Shown one piece after another: positions 1 through 8,099 of a stretch of DNA of 52,514 nt; the stretch's first letter is position 1; every line of letters begins with the position of its first letter. A model generated the notes under the pieces. It did no database searches and was not told the DNA's origin. It worked only from the letters and a program-made list of their open reading frames with translations. Made by a program: the position numbers and the translations under genes. The DNA is from a virus (Duplodnaviria > Caudoviricetes), in IMG/VR virus record IMGVR_UViG_3300017752_000017, positions 1 through 52,514 of that record. The stretch is one strand, 5' to 3'.

Positions 1-3
1 CGT

Positions 4-447
4 TCAAGAACCGCGCGAAGTGTTGGTAGTGCCACTCTCATGTTGAGTTGATGTACACACTCCGAACAGACGTTCTTCGTTTAAAAACAGTCCATTTTTG
101 ACTGTGTGTGCCTCACCTTGTGTGTCTCTGTATTGCACACGTGACACTGGAATGCCTCGATCCCCTGGAAACACGATAGAGTCTCCAGGTTTGACATTTT
201 TGCACCCGTTGCCGACCATCAACACTCTACCCACTCTCCAGGCACGTGGTGATGTGTTCAGAGGAATATAAATTCCATCGCGTTCGATAGCATTACCGTC
301 AGGTGACACATCTGTGAATTCGGCGAGGATTATATCATCGAACAGTGTTGTTAGTTGGTGGTCCGGGAGAACAAACTCGTCTCCCACGTATTTGGACAAA
401 TCGATTAAACTTTCAGTTGGTGTTATTTGATCTATGTTTGAGCTCAT
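4..447 (-). CDS. GroES/Cpn10-like co-chaperonin (gp31 analogue)
   Basis: DDIILAE...DGIYIP...VGRVLMVGNGCKNVKPGDSIVF is the Cpn10 pattern. Start moved from 489 to the ATG at 447 (MSSNIDQ) to reduce overlap with gp62. Confidence 0.8.
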   Translation of the reverse strand: MSSNIDQITPTESLIDLSKYVGDEFVLPDHQLTTLFDDIILAEFTDVSPDGNAIERDGIYIPLNTSPRAWRVGRVLMVGNGCKNVKPGDSIVFPGDRGIPVSRVQYRDTQGEAHTVKNGLFLNEERLFGVCTSTQHESGTTNTSRGS

Positions 448-805
448 GTTGTTGTAATAGATACTTAACCTCACGAGTCGATAGTTCAAGTGTATCAGCT
501 AACAATTCGATATTTGTTTCTGGTTCACTGTCTTGTTGTTTTTCGTTTTTGTGTTTTTTAATGTATTGTATGTATCTTTTATGATACGAAGGTAAAACTT
601 TGAGCAAGAATTTGTAGTGCTGTTGTTTCGTTTCCAGCACGGGGTACATCCAATTGACAGTGGCATTAACAATATTTGCGGTTTCGTCAGAATACATGCT
701 GACCCACCGATTGATCATATATTGATTGTAGTCTGACTCATTGTCAACGTTACCTAGACTATTGCCTCTTTTGTGAAACAATATGTCATTCAGATGTTCA
801 AACAT
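413..805 (-). CDS. gp62: Sliding clamp loader small subunit (T4 gp62-like)
   Basis: YNQYMINRWVSMY, KQQHYKFLLKVLP...YIKK and IELLADTLELSTREVKYLL match the gp62 pattern; 130 aa. Confidence 0.75.
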   Translation of the reverse strand: MFEHLNDILFHKRGNSLGNVDNESDYNQYMINRWVSMYSDETANIVNATVNWMYPVLETKQQHYKFLLKVLPSYHKRYIQYIKKHKNEKQQDSEPETNIELLADTLELSTREVKYLLQQHELKHRSNNTN

Positions 806-1393
806 CTATTTGCTTATGATTTTCGTAGTTGCGATGAACATATCATCATTGATTGCATAGAACAGATCAATCACATCTCGCATGAATGGTTCGATTTGAA
901 CATCAGTCAACCCGGTGCTGAAGGCATGCGCGGGTGCTTTGCTACCAGCAGTGACATTTATACCTGTATGTCCTAATGCCGCACCATCTTTCGTGTACGT
1001 GATACTCACACTACATTTGCCTTTGTTTTGCACAATACCACCTTGTGTGTGTTCTCGGTGTACGATCATGTCATCACCATCAAGTTCAATTGGAGCATTC
1101 AGATACTTCGAGCTCAGTATGTGAGCTATTTGTGTGTTGAGCAATCTTTGATATGCAACAGCACCAAACGAATCTAAATTCGGAATCTCCCAACAAAAAT
1201 TTATAGCATCATCACTATAAATAAATTCACCTTTGATGATGTCTTCTTCATCTATCATCCCATCTGCTTCAACGAGCATGGGGCTTCTGAAAGCCACAAT
1301 GTTGCCGATAGGTAGTGTTCTGTCTCTGAAATGTTTGTATGCAAATCTGCTGTGTATCAAGTCACCGTTGTATGTTTTTTGATCGATAATCAT
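806..1393 (-). CDS. DUF366 family protein (biotin/lipoate ligase-like fold)
   Basis: Motifs YNGDLI, IVAFRSPM, MIDEED, IYSDDAINF, YQRLL, GDDM, KCSVSIT and HTGINV follow the DUF366 consensus as I recall it. Confidence 0.8.
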   Translation of the reverse strand: MIIDQKTYNGDLIHSRFAYKHFRDRTLPIGNIVAFRSPMLVEADGMIDEEDIIKGEFIYSDDAINFCWEIPNLDSFGAVAYQRLLNTQIAHILSSKYLNAPIELDGDDMIVHREHTQGGIVQNKGKCSVSITYTKDGAALGHTGINVTAGSKAPAHAFSTGLTDVQIEPFMRDVIDLFYAINDDMFIATTKIISK

Positions 1394-1399
1394 ACTACT

Positions 1400-1427
1400 A
1401 TTATAGATTATATATCGGTAAAATCAA
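1400..1427 (-). promoter_or_regulatory. Sigma70-type promoter TTGATT-N16-TATAAT
   Basis: Read directly; the -10 box ends 6 nt before the DUF366 ATG (1393). Confidence 0.7.
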
Positions 1428-2064
1428 CCACACGATCTTGCCTCAACCCATCACCATTTATTTCCATTCTCATCAACACTTTATTGACCCATAATGTTTT
1501 ACGTGACAATCTGTCGCATTGCTTGATGACCCTGTAATCACCACACTTCCAACCATCCCATTTAACTTGTTTTAGCAGCGAAGTTCGAGCAATAAAGCAA
1601 CCAGTATCAATCGCACATAATTTGATTCTTCTCATGACACAATCTTGATACCTGGGTAACACACCAGCAAATGTATCTGCTCGTGTGATCAACATGTCAA
1701 CATCATCTGTTAGCAGAGACATAATCATATGAACACTATCAGGTAACAAAAAGTTATCATCATCTAGATGGTAAACCCAGTCACTTTCTATATGATCATA
1801 AGCTATATTGAAATATAAATTGTGAATGGCATGCTTCTTGGGAGATGCAGACTCAGGTGCCGGTTCGTTGTATGAGCTTTGTAACGAGTCTCTATCAACT
1901 TGATGTACCATTTGAATATCGTAATCACACACATAATCTTTAGATGCTTGATTGTCAACTATAACATGATGCTCTATATCAATTTTTTGTTGTTTCAGAC
2001 TCTCACAACATCTGCTAAATAGATTAGGTCGATTGCTAGTCCTCGTTACTACGGCTAATTTCAC
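1408..2064 (-). CDS. Glycosyltransferase, GT-A/GT2-like
   Basis: VVTRTSNRP N-terminal strand, HHVIVDN, YHLDDDN DxD motif, IDTGCF and CGDY. Confidence 0.75.
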   Translation of the reverse strand: MKLAVVTRTSNRPNLFSRCCESLKQQKIDIEHHVIVDNQASKDYVCDYDIQMVHQVDRDSLQSSYNEPAPESASPKKHAIHNLYFNIAYDHIESDWVYHLDDDNFLLPDSVHMIMSLLTDDVDMLITRADTFAGVLPRYQDCVMRRIKLCAIDTGCFIARTSLLKQVKWDGWKCGDYRVIKQCDRLSRKTLWVNKVLMRMEINGDGLRQDRVVDFTDI

Positions 2065-2869
2065 GTAACTCCTTTAATCTTGTCGAAAGTTTAGTAACCT
2101 TCACTGGTTTTTTACATGTAAATTCACTCAACAGTTGTTCTTTACTCACTCCACGTTGTATGGACCAGTATCTTCTATGATAATGTACACCTAACCCATG
2201 TACCAACTTTTCATGCTTATCATGGCCATAAGCACATGCACCTTTGATTGTCTTCTCAACAAAATGATCATATGACCTGATGTTGTAATGTAGTAGTGCT
2301 AGATTGGTCCATAAATTGTCTCCAGATCCTTTGACTCTACCATGATGATTACCTTGATCTGTTGCAACAAACCAATTACTATGATAAAATGTCTTTGCAT
2401 ACCTGTTCTTCCAGTTAATATCTGCAGTGATGTTTTTAAACAACGAGAGTTCAGTTATATCTGTAGGTTCATTACTTGGTACAACATCTAGTTGGTTCAA
2501 TTTGTACCTGTAACCGTTCTTCACTGGCAACCGGTTGAATTCATTTAAGATTTGACCACCATCAACTCCAACACGTCTGTCTCGGTATGTCACGACAAAC
2601 TCATCACAATCCAGTGGCAGAACAAAACAATCATCACAATGTTGTTTTATTTTATCAGTAATAATTTTATGTTTGTTTTGAAAACTACTTTTGTTCAAAA
2701 ACACATTGACACCTCGATCTTTCCACTTCTTAAGTATGTGGTGAGTATTGTCAGTTGAGCCGTTGTCTATTATATAAACATTATGTGGATCAACAATATT
2801 GGTATGATGTAACAACCAATCGTTGATAACATCTTGTTCATTTCTAATGAATGAAAATATTTTTAACAC
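2036..2869 (-). CDS. Glycosyltransferase, GT2-like
   Basis: RNEQDVINDWLLHH, IIDNGSTDNT, LPLDCDEF, QGNHH and LLHYNIRS. Confidence 0.85.
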   Translation of the reverse strand: MLKIFSFIRNEQDVINDWLLHHTNIVDPHNVYIIDNGSTDNTHHILKKWKDRGVNVFLNKSSFQNKHKIITDKIKQHCDDCFVLPLDCDEFVVTYRDRRVGVDGGQILNEFNRLPVKNGYRYKLNQLDVVPSNEPTDITELSLFKNITADINWKNRYAKTFYHSNWFVATDQGNHHGRVKGSGDNLWTNLALLHYNIRSYDHFVEKTIKGACAYGHDKHEKLVHGLGVHYHRRYWSIQRGVSKEQLLSEFTCKKPVKVTKLSTRLKELREISRSNED

Positions 2870-2874
2870 ATGTA

Positions 2875-2902
2875 ATTATACACTCTTCGAGAGAAATTTC
2901 AA
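2875..2902 (-). promoter_or_regulatory. Sigma70-type promoter TTGAAA-N16-TATAAT
   Basis: Read directly; 5 nt upstream of the GTG at 2869. Confidence 0.7.
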
Positions 2903-3136
2903 CGCTTTTTGCATCTCTCTTAAAACTGTACCTTTGCCACGACCTGGTGCTTCAACTTGGTTACCATCTTCATCTTCAGTTATTGTAGATGATGTTTGTC
3001 GTTTAAACTCATCGCGAAACGCGTTTACAAATTCGTTGCTAAGCTTAAGTTTCCTAGGAAACCTCTCTTTGACAATAGTCTTTAACACGCCGTAACGCTC
3101 TAAAAGTGTTTCAAATTCTATGTTATATTTGCTCAC
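2876..3136 (-). CDS. Hypothetical late protein (86 aa)
   Basis: Compact ORF preceded by AATAAATA (3142-3149) 5 nt upstream of the GTG. Confidence 0.6.
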   Translation of the reverse strand: MSKYNIEFETLLERYGVLKTIVKERFPRKLKLSNEFVNAFRDEFKRQTSSTITEDEDGNQVEAPGRGKGTVLREMQKALKFLSKSV

Positions 3137-3147
3137 AATATTATTTA

Positions 3148-3855
3148 TTATATGATGAGCTTATTTACGTCTTTTGGATCTGTATAACCGTCTTTAGTGT
3201 TTCTGAACTGTGCTTCAATCTTTTCCATTTCATTAATATCTAACAATCCTTGCTCGTCAATAGACTTACCTGTATCAGGGTCAATATACAACTGGATCAT
3301 ATGTAATCTTTCTCTAGGATTACCAAAGACTTCAATTATAGCAGGTTTGTCATCTTTAGGAAAGAAGGTTGATGTCGGTTGCAACCACTGCTGATACATA
3401 GCTTTATATAGATTATCAATTTCCTTAATGTATTTATCATCAGTTTCGCGTTGTGATCTACTCACAATATCAACTGGTGCTACTGATGTTATAGGTATAA
3501 AAAATATTATGTCTATAAACTTCATAGACTCTCTTACTAGTGGTACACACTTGTCAATGAATTCTCTGTCAAATCCATCTTTATTTTTATCATGAGACCA
3601 TAGACTATACACGATATTATCTAGTGGACATCTATCAAAAATAATATTTTGACCACTATGATAATTCATTAGTTGTTCAGACATAAAATCTAAAATCTTA
3701 AATTGTTGCTCGATTGTAGTGTCTTTGCTATGACACTCATCAAGTATGTCTCTATAACTAGTTTCTGGTTGTTTGTATGATGTATATGTTTTTAAAAAAT
3801 CATTAATCAAGGTTGTTTTACCTTGACATGATGTACCTGATACTGCGATTCTCAT
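3148..3855 (-). CDS. P-loop nucleoside/nucleotide kinase (AAA_28/NadR-like, dNMP kinase-like)
   Basis: MRIAVSGTSCQGKTT Walker A, IIFDRCPLDNIVY and DIIFFIP. Start set at the ATG at 3855. Confidence 0.75.
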   Translation of the reverse strand: MRIAVSGTSCQGKTTLINDFLKTYTSYKQPETSYRDILDECHSKDTTIEQQFKILDFMSEQLMNYHSGQNIIFDRCPLDNIVYSLWSHDKNKDGFDREFIDKCVPLVRESMKFIDIIFFIPITSVAPVDIVSRSQRETDDKYIKEIDNLYKAMYQQWLQPTSTFFPKDDKPAIIEVFGNPRERLHMIQLYIDPDTGKSIDEQGLLDINEMEKIEAQFRNTKDGYTDPKDVNKLII

Positions 3856-3860
3856 GTTAA

Positions 3861-3868
3861 TATTTATG
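3861..3868 (-). promoter_or_regulatory. T4-type late promoter CATAAATA
   Basis: 5 nt upstream of the kinase ATG; overlaps the PRT stop codon. Confidence 0.55.
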
Positions 3869-4382
3869 TACGTTCCCACGGGAACACAAGCCATTTATTA
3901 TCACAACGGTTACCAGTGTAATCAGGAACAAACACACTCCGATCTTTACAATATAATGCAGCTGTTGATATACTAACAACACCTTTATGAAACTTCTTAT
4001 ACATACGATTAACTAATCCTTTCATAGTCACACCTTCGTCGCATAGATCATCAACTATCAAGATGTTACGACCTGGTAAACCTTTCATGAGATCGTACAT
4101 TACATCCTGGTACATCATTCCATGTACATTACTAACATCTCTCTTTTTAGTTTCATCGTCATAACTATGATATCCATGTACCATAACTTCTCTGATTTTA
4201 AGTTTATGTGCTAAGATTGTAGCTGGTACTAAACCACCTCTACTCAACCCTACAATGCTGTTGATAACAAGATCATCATTAGATATTTTATCCGCAATAA
4301 TATTACAACATTCTGTAATCTCATCCCACGACAACATAGATTTACAATCTAAACCGTTAGAGGTTTGAGTATCTGAGCTCAC
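3864..4382 (-). CDS. Purine phosphoribosyltransferase (xanthine-guanine PRT, Gpt-like)
   Basis: LSWDEI, IVGLSRGGLVPATILAHKL, PRPP loop ILIVDDLCDEGVTM and C-terminal WLVFPWE. The GTG start abuts the queE stop. Confidence 0.9.
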   Translation of the reverse strand: MSSDTQTSNGLDCKSMLSWDEITECCNIIADKISNDDLVINSIVGLSRGGLVPATILAHKLKIREVMVHGYHSYDDETKKRDVSNVHGMMYQDVMYDLMKGLPGRNILIVDDLCDEGVTMKGLVNRMYKKFHKGVVSISTAALYCKDRSVFVPDYTGNRCDNKWLVFPWERT

Positions 4383-5147
4383 TCAAACTCCGGTTGTCTG
4401 ATCCCAGGCACTTACATGAAGCCGGGTGAGACCTACAAAACCATACTTCTTAGCCATTTCCATACAAAACAATGTACGTTCATGATAATCTTCTTGTTTA
4501 TCTAAACCAGGCATCATCAATACTCGTGTAGGTTCAATGTCGAAAGGTATCACAAAATCTTCAACAATTTCTTTTATGTCATCTTCTTGACTTATTACAA
4601 ATTTAAAAAAGTGATTATGATGTTCTTTGATACGCTCAAGAGCCTTGTTGACAATTCGACGATCTTTACTCATGCCACTATTTTCTAGCTTAACGGAGCA
4701 ATTGATTTGATGTAATTTACTAAACAAATCATTCTCAATGAAGATTGTACCGTTGGTTTCAATTTCATTGTAAACACTACTACTTGGGTTTTTTGAATAA
4801 AACCATTCTAAGAAATTGTTTATGGATTGTTGGTTCTTAGGGATGGTGGGTTCACCGCCAGTCCAGATGAGATGTACTCGACCCTGTTTAATCCAGTTGA
4901 GTACATCATACTCTTTCCATCTATCGACAAGGTATTCAAAAGGCTTTTCTAAACCTTTCTTCCAAACATATTCAGTATCACACCACCAAGTGGCTTTACC
5001 TTCTTTTACCAAACTACCATCTCTACCTCCACACATCAGATTACATGCTTTTAGTCTGATGAAATATGCTGGTACACCAGTAGTAGCACCTTCTCCTTGA
5101 ATAGAATAAAAATCCTCGGAGATGTTTAAAGTCTCGTACTTATGCAT
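4383..5147 (-). CDS. queE: 7-carboxy-7-deazaguanine synthase QueE (radical SAM)
   Basis: ISEDFYSIQGEG...GVPAYFIRLKACNLMC...WCDT, TGGEP, EIETNGT, CSVKL, FKFVI and RLHV. Likely start is the ATG at 5147, overlapping the upstream stop. Confidence 0.92.
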   Translation of the reverse strand: MHKYETLNISEDFYSIQGEGATTGVPAYFIRLKACNLMCGGRDGSLVKEGKATWWCDTEYVWKKGLEKPFEYLVDRWKEYDVLNWIKQGRVHLIWTGGEPTIPKNQQSINNFLEWFYSKNPSSSVYNEIETNGTIFIENDLFSKLHQINCSVKLENSGMSKDRRIVNKALERIKEHHNHFFKFVISQEDDIKEIVEDFVIPFDIEPTRVLMMPGLDKQEDYHERTLFCMEMAKKYGFVGLTRLHVSAWDQTTGV

Positions 5148-5382
5148 TACTGCTTCCGCTTTCTTCGCTTGTTGTATTATCGTTTGCAAAATATTTTTGT
5201 ATTGTTGCGATCAAAGAGTCTAACTTGTCTATCTCTTCAATCTTGGTTCTTATTTCTTGTCCAATGTCGCTATGTTCACCGACACCTACAGGTCGTTCAA
5301 GATACACGGTCAAGTCCGCGATCACTTCATCTTTTCTACCAGCATATTGTGACAGTATTCCGTTAATGTGTTGTTTACTCAT
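5140..5382 (-). CDS. Small hypothetical protein in the queD-queE operon
   Basis: 80-aa ORF packed between queD and queE; YLERPVGVGEHSDI motif followed by a coiled coil. Confidence 0.7.
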   Translation of the reverse strand: MSKQHINGILSQYAGRKDEVIADLTVYLERPVGVGEHSDIGQEIRTKIEEIDKLDSLIATIQKYFANDNTTSEESGSSNA

Positions 5383-5385
5383 AAA

Positions 5386-6024
5386 TTAAAATCCCCAGGT
5401 AGTCTCACCGGTGAGCCATGTGTTTTTTTCTTTCTTAGGCCAAAGATTAGTCTTTGACTTATCTCTTGTATCATTTAACACTGCAGTTTTATTCACTTCA
5501 ACTACTTCTTCGACTCGTTCTTCAACTGCAATTGGCTCATCCATATTTATGATATTACTTGCTTGAGTATCAATCGCAACTGTTTTGTCTACCTTTTCAA
5601 AGATCGCTGAATTATTTTCATGTTCAAAAACTTCAACCTTGATACATTTACATCTCTTGTCTGTCAATCGTTGTACATGTTCATCTGCTGTACCATGGCA
5701 CCATTCGGCAAATTTTTCTATACCAACTCCATCCATGATTCTAAGATCACATAACTCATTATCTCGCAGTTGCTCAAACAACATGATTTTTGGATCAGCT
5801 CTGGATATACATGTTGTGTGGTCGAATTGGTTTTGTAAAATATTTTTCAGTTCTTTAAGACCACCAAAATCCACTACCCAATTGTTTTCATCAAGACTAC
5901 TTGCTTCAAACCAAAATTTAGCTGTGAGTCTATATCCATGTAGATATTTACAATGAGATGTAGCTGTAGGTTGGCGGAATGCGCAGCTACCTAACTCTAT
6001 AATTTTAGTACTTTTAAATGACAT
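5386..6024 (-). CDS. queD: 6-carboxytetrahydropterin synthase QueD (PTPS family)
   Basis: CAFRQ...HCKYLHGY, WVVDFGGLK, FDHTT, GIEKFAE and VEVFEHENNSA, plus a C-terminal extension of about 65 aa. Confidence 0.9.
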   Translation of the reverse strand: MSFKSTKIIELGSCAFRQPTATSHCKYLHGYRLTAKFWFEASSLDENNWVVDFGGLKELKNILQNQFDHTTCISRADPKIMLFEQLRDNELCDLRIMDGVGIEKFAEWCHGTADEHVQRLTDKRCKCIKVEVFEHENNSAIFEKVDKTVAIDTQASNIINMDEPIAVEERVEEVVEVNKTAVLNDTRDKSKTNLWPKKEKNTWLTGETTWGF

Positions 6025-6030
6025 GCTTTA

Positions 6031-6058
6031 ATTATAGCATATCATTTTCGAGATTCAA
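6031..6058 (-). promoter_or_regulatory. Sigma70-type promoter TTGAAT-N16-TATAAT for the queD-orf-queE-PRT operon
   Basis: Read directly; 6 nt upstream of the queD ATG. Confidence 0.7.
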
Positions 6059-6338
6059 GGTCTTTATCCAATTTTATTTCAATTGTTTGTATCATGTTGT
6101 TGAGATTATCTGCGAACCAGCAGCAACCTGCACTAGCGAATGGTAATAATATAAATGTATTATATTCCATGAGGCTGTTGAATATTAAAACCAAACAACC
6201 GGCCCAGAAACCGAGACACAAACTACATGATAACAATTCCTTCAACAATTTACATTTACACAGGAATACCCGGGGCACATTAAGTATAGTGCCATATTTT
6301 AGTATAAAAACTAAACCGATGCAGGTGAGTAAGTCTAT
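6042..6338 (-). CDS. Small membrane protein with CxxC (DUF1360-like)
   Basis: ELLSCSLCLGFWAG plus hydrophobic helices. The open frame extends 20 codons upstream of the GTG at 6278 to an ATA at 6338. Confidence 0.6.
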   Translation of the reverse strand: MDLLTCIGLVFILKYGTILNVPRVFLCKCKLLKELLSCSLCLGFWAGCLVLIFNSLMEYNTFILLPFASAGCCWFADNLNNMIQTIEIKLDKDLESRK

Positions 6339-6511
6339 TGCTTTTCTAGCTTGTTGACCGCATCAGTAACCATTTTTGCTTGGCTTTTTTCCATTGTGAC
6401 AGTGTTACCGTAATCGTCTTTGATCTTGACTTTACCGTCATCGGTGATGGTTAGTTCAGGGCAGCATTTCTTACCACCGCATAATACAATTGTTTTGCTC
6501 TTTTCGCTCAT
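6335..6511 (-). CDS. 58-aa Cys-containing hypothetical protein (absent from the ORF track)
   Basis: MSEKSKTIVLCGGKKCCPELTITDDGKVKIKDDYGNTVTMEKSQAKMVTDAVNKLEKQ; AATAAATA (6517-6524) lies 5 nt upstream. Confidence 0.7.
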   Translation of the reverse strand: MSEKSKTIVLCGGKKCCPELTITDDGKVKIKDDYGNTVTMEKSQAKMVTDAVNKLEKQ

Positions 6512-6530
6512 ACAAATATTTATTATAACT

Positions 6531-6935
6531 TCATACGTTTTCTATCTTGATAACGTTTAATTCAGTACCTGATTCTCCTGTATCATAGAAATCGATGTTC
6601 TTACCTAAAAAAGTGTCTTGCACGCGACCTTGGTCGTCCATCACTGTGACTGAAATCTCATCCGATTGTGTGGAGATAATCTGTATCAGTTTATTATTGC
6701 TCTCATCTCTGGCGATCAATGTTGTTGTGTCGTTTTGTGTTGTTGTGTTGATCACTTCTCCTGAGTATGGTCTCTGAATCGCACCATTTGCTGGTCTGAT
6801 ATAAATGTGTATAGTGTCAATTCCATATTCATCAACTTCAGGTTGTGTTAAGTCATCGTCCTCATGTAACATACACATAGGTTCATGTGACATGTTCATG
6901 TAGATATCAGCAATGGTGTGTATCTCGTTGCTCAT
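6531..6935 (-). CDS. Hypothetical acidic protein
   Basis: 134-aa ORF translationally coupled to the upstream gene. Confidence 0.6.
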   Translation of the reverse strand: MSNEIHTIADIYMNMSHEPMCMLHEDDDLTQPEVDEYGIDTIHIYIRPANGAIQRPYSGEVINTTTQNDTTTLIARDESNNKLIQIISTQSDEISVTVMDDQGRVQDTFLGKNIDFYDTGESGTELNVIKIENV

Positions 6936-7624
6936 CAGTTTAGTAAAATATTTATTACCTGGTCTTCCTGATCTGGAGATAAAAATCCAGGACCATTGAA
7001 TTCAGCACCAGCACCAGGCCCTGGTAACAGATTTCTCAACGTGTCAGCATCTTTTATACCAATCGCGATATCATGTATTGCACCTCTTGTTTCTGTACCG
7101 GAAGCATATCTAGCTACTGGTCTAGCCATAACATCTGTCACATGTGAACCTTTGTATAATACACCATCTTTGAAGAACGCGGAGTATCTTCCTTTCAGGT
7201 CTTCGGCTCCTGCGTATAAAGAAACCTGTAACTGTTTACTTTTAGATTTGTTGTATATATCTTGGGCATCACTATGTACGTCAATCTGCTTGTCAGATAC
7301 TAATTTGCCGCTGTTGTTGAGCAAATTGACAGCTTGATATGTAACCGCAACCGGGCTACCTGATACAACTTTGATTTCAATGTTAGGTTTTTGCATTGCT
7401 TCAAGATAAATCTTCCATATCGCTACCATCTTCTCAACAGTTATATTAGGGTCTCTACAACTGTCAGATGCAATTATATAACAATTGGTATTCTCTTCAC
7501 TCATTTGTTTAGCAGTCATATAATGACCTTTGTGAGGTGGTGAAAAGCACCCTGGGAAGAAACCAACGCTTGTCTGTTGTTGTTCGTCAACAAAAGATTC
7601 AAAAAATTCTTTAAATGTGTTCAT
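6935..7624 (-). CDS. HIGH-motif nucleotidyltransferase (cytidylyltransferase/NMNAT-like)
   Basis: VGFFPGCFSPPHKGHY HxGH motif, LYAGAED and ASGTETRGAI (SxT/SxR-type motif). Confidence 0.8.
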   Translation of the reverse strand: MNTFKEFFESFVDEQQQTSVGFFPGCFSPPHKGHYMTAKQMSEENTNCYIIASDSCRDPNITVEKMVAIWKIYLEAMQKPNIEIKVVSGSPVAVTYQAVNLLNNSGKLVSDKQIDVHSDAQDIYNKSKSKQLQVSLYAGAEDLKGRYSAFFKDGVLYKGSHVTDVMARPVARYASGTETRGAIHDIAIGIKDADTLRNLLPGPGAGAEFNGPGFLSPDQEDQVINILLN

Positions 7625-8040
7625 TATGTTTTGAAGCTGTTTCTGTAAATGTTGAGCAACTGCAAATCACACAATCCGAATTGTCCTAAATACATCTCAA
7701 GTTGTTCAAGTGTTTCTATTAAATCTAGTTGTTTCAATTCACATTCAGATTCGATATGACCATGTTTGATTAAACATTCCATCGCAGCTCCCTTGAGCTT
7801 ACATAAACTAGATTCAACCGGCGGTTGTATCATTTCTATAGAATCAGCTCCAACATTCATTATTCCATCCATCAAACCTGGGATGAATATAGTAGCACTA
7901 TTTGATGTTTCATCCTCTTCAAGTAAATACCCTTCATAACTTTGCATGGATTCATGGTTACCTGGATCACGTTTGAATCTAATTTTCTTAAGAGATATCG
8001 AGCCTAGTGCTTGTTGAATTATATTATTGAGACTACTCAC
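7624..8040 (-). CDS. Hypothetical late protein
   Basis: 138-aa ORF; TAAATA (8046-8051) lies 5 nt upstream of the GTG. Confidence 0.6.
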   Translation of the reverse strand: MSSLNNIIQQALGSISLKKIRFKRDPGNHESMQSYEGYLLEEDETSNSATIFIPGLMDGIMNVGADSIEMIQPPVESSLCKLKGAAMECLIKHGHIESECELKQLDLIETLEQLEMYLGQFGLCDLQLLNIYRNSFKT

Positions 8041-8064
8041 AACATTATTTATTTAATAAAACAG

Positions 8065-8092
8065 TTGAAATACTCAATTGAGCAGTTATAAT
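8065..8092 (+). promoter_or_regulatory. Sigma70-type promoter TTGAAA-N16-TATAAT for folE
   Basis: Read directly; 7 nt upstream of the ATG at 8100. Confidence 0.7.
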
Positions 8093-8099
8093 TGTGTTT

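Noticed and set aside
8073-8082. Palindrome CTCAATTGAG in the folE promoter spacer (also TCTAGCTAGA at 25309-25318 in the uvsX spacer)
   Set aside because: The two palindromes differ in sequence and are not repeated at other promoters; 10-bp palindromes are expected by chance in 52 kb of AT-rich DNA.
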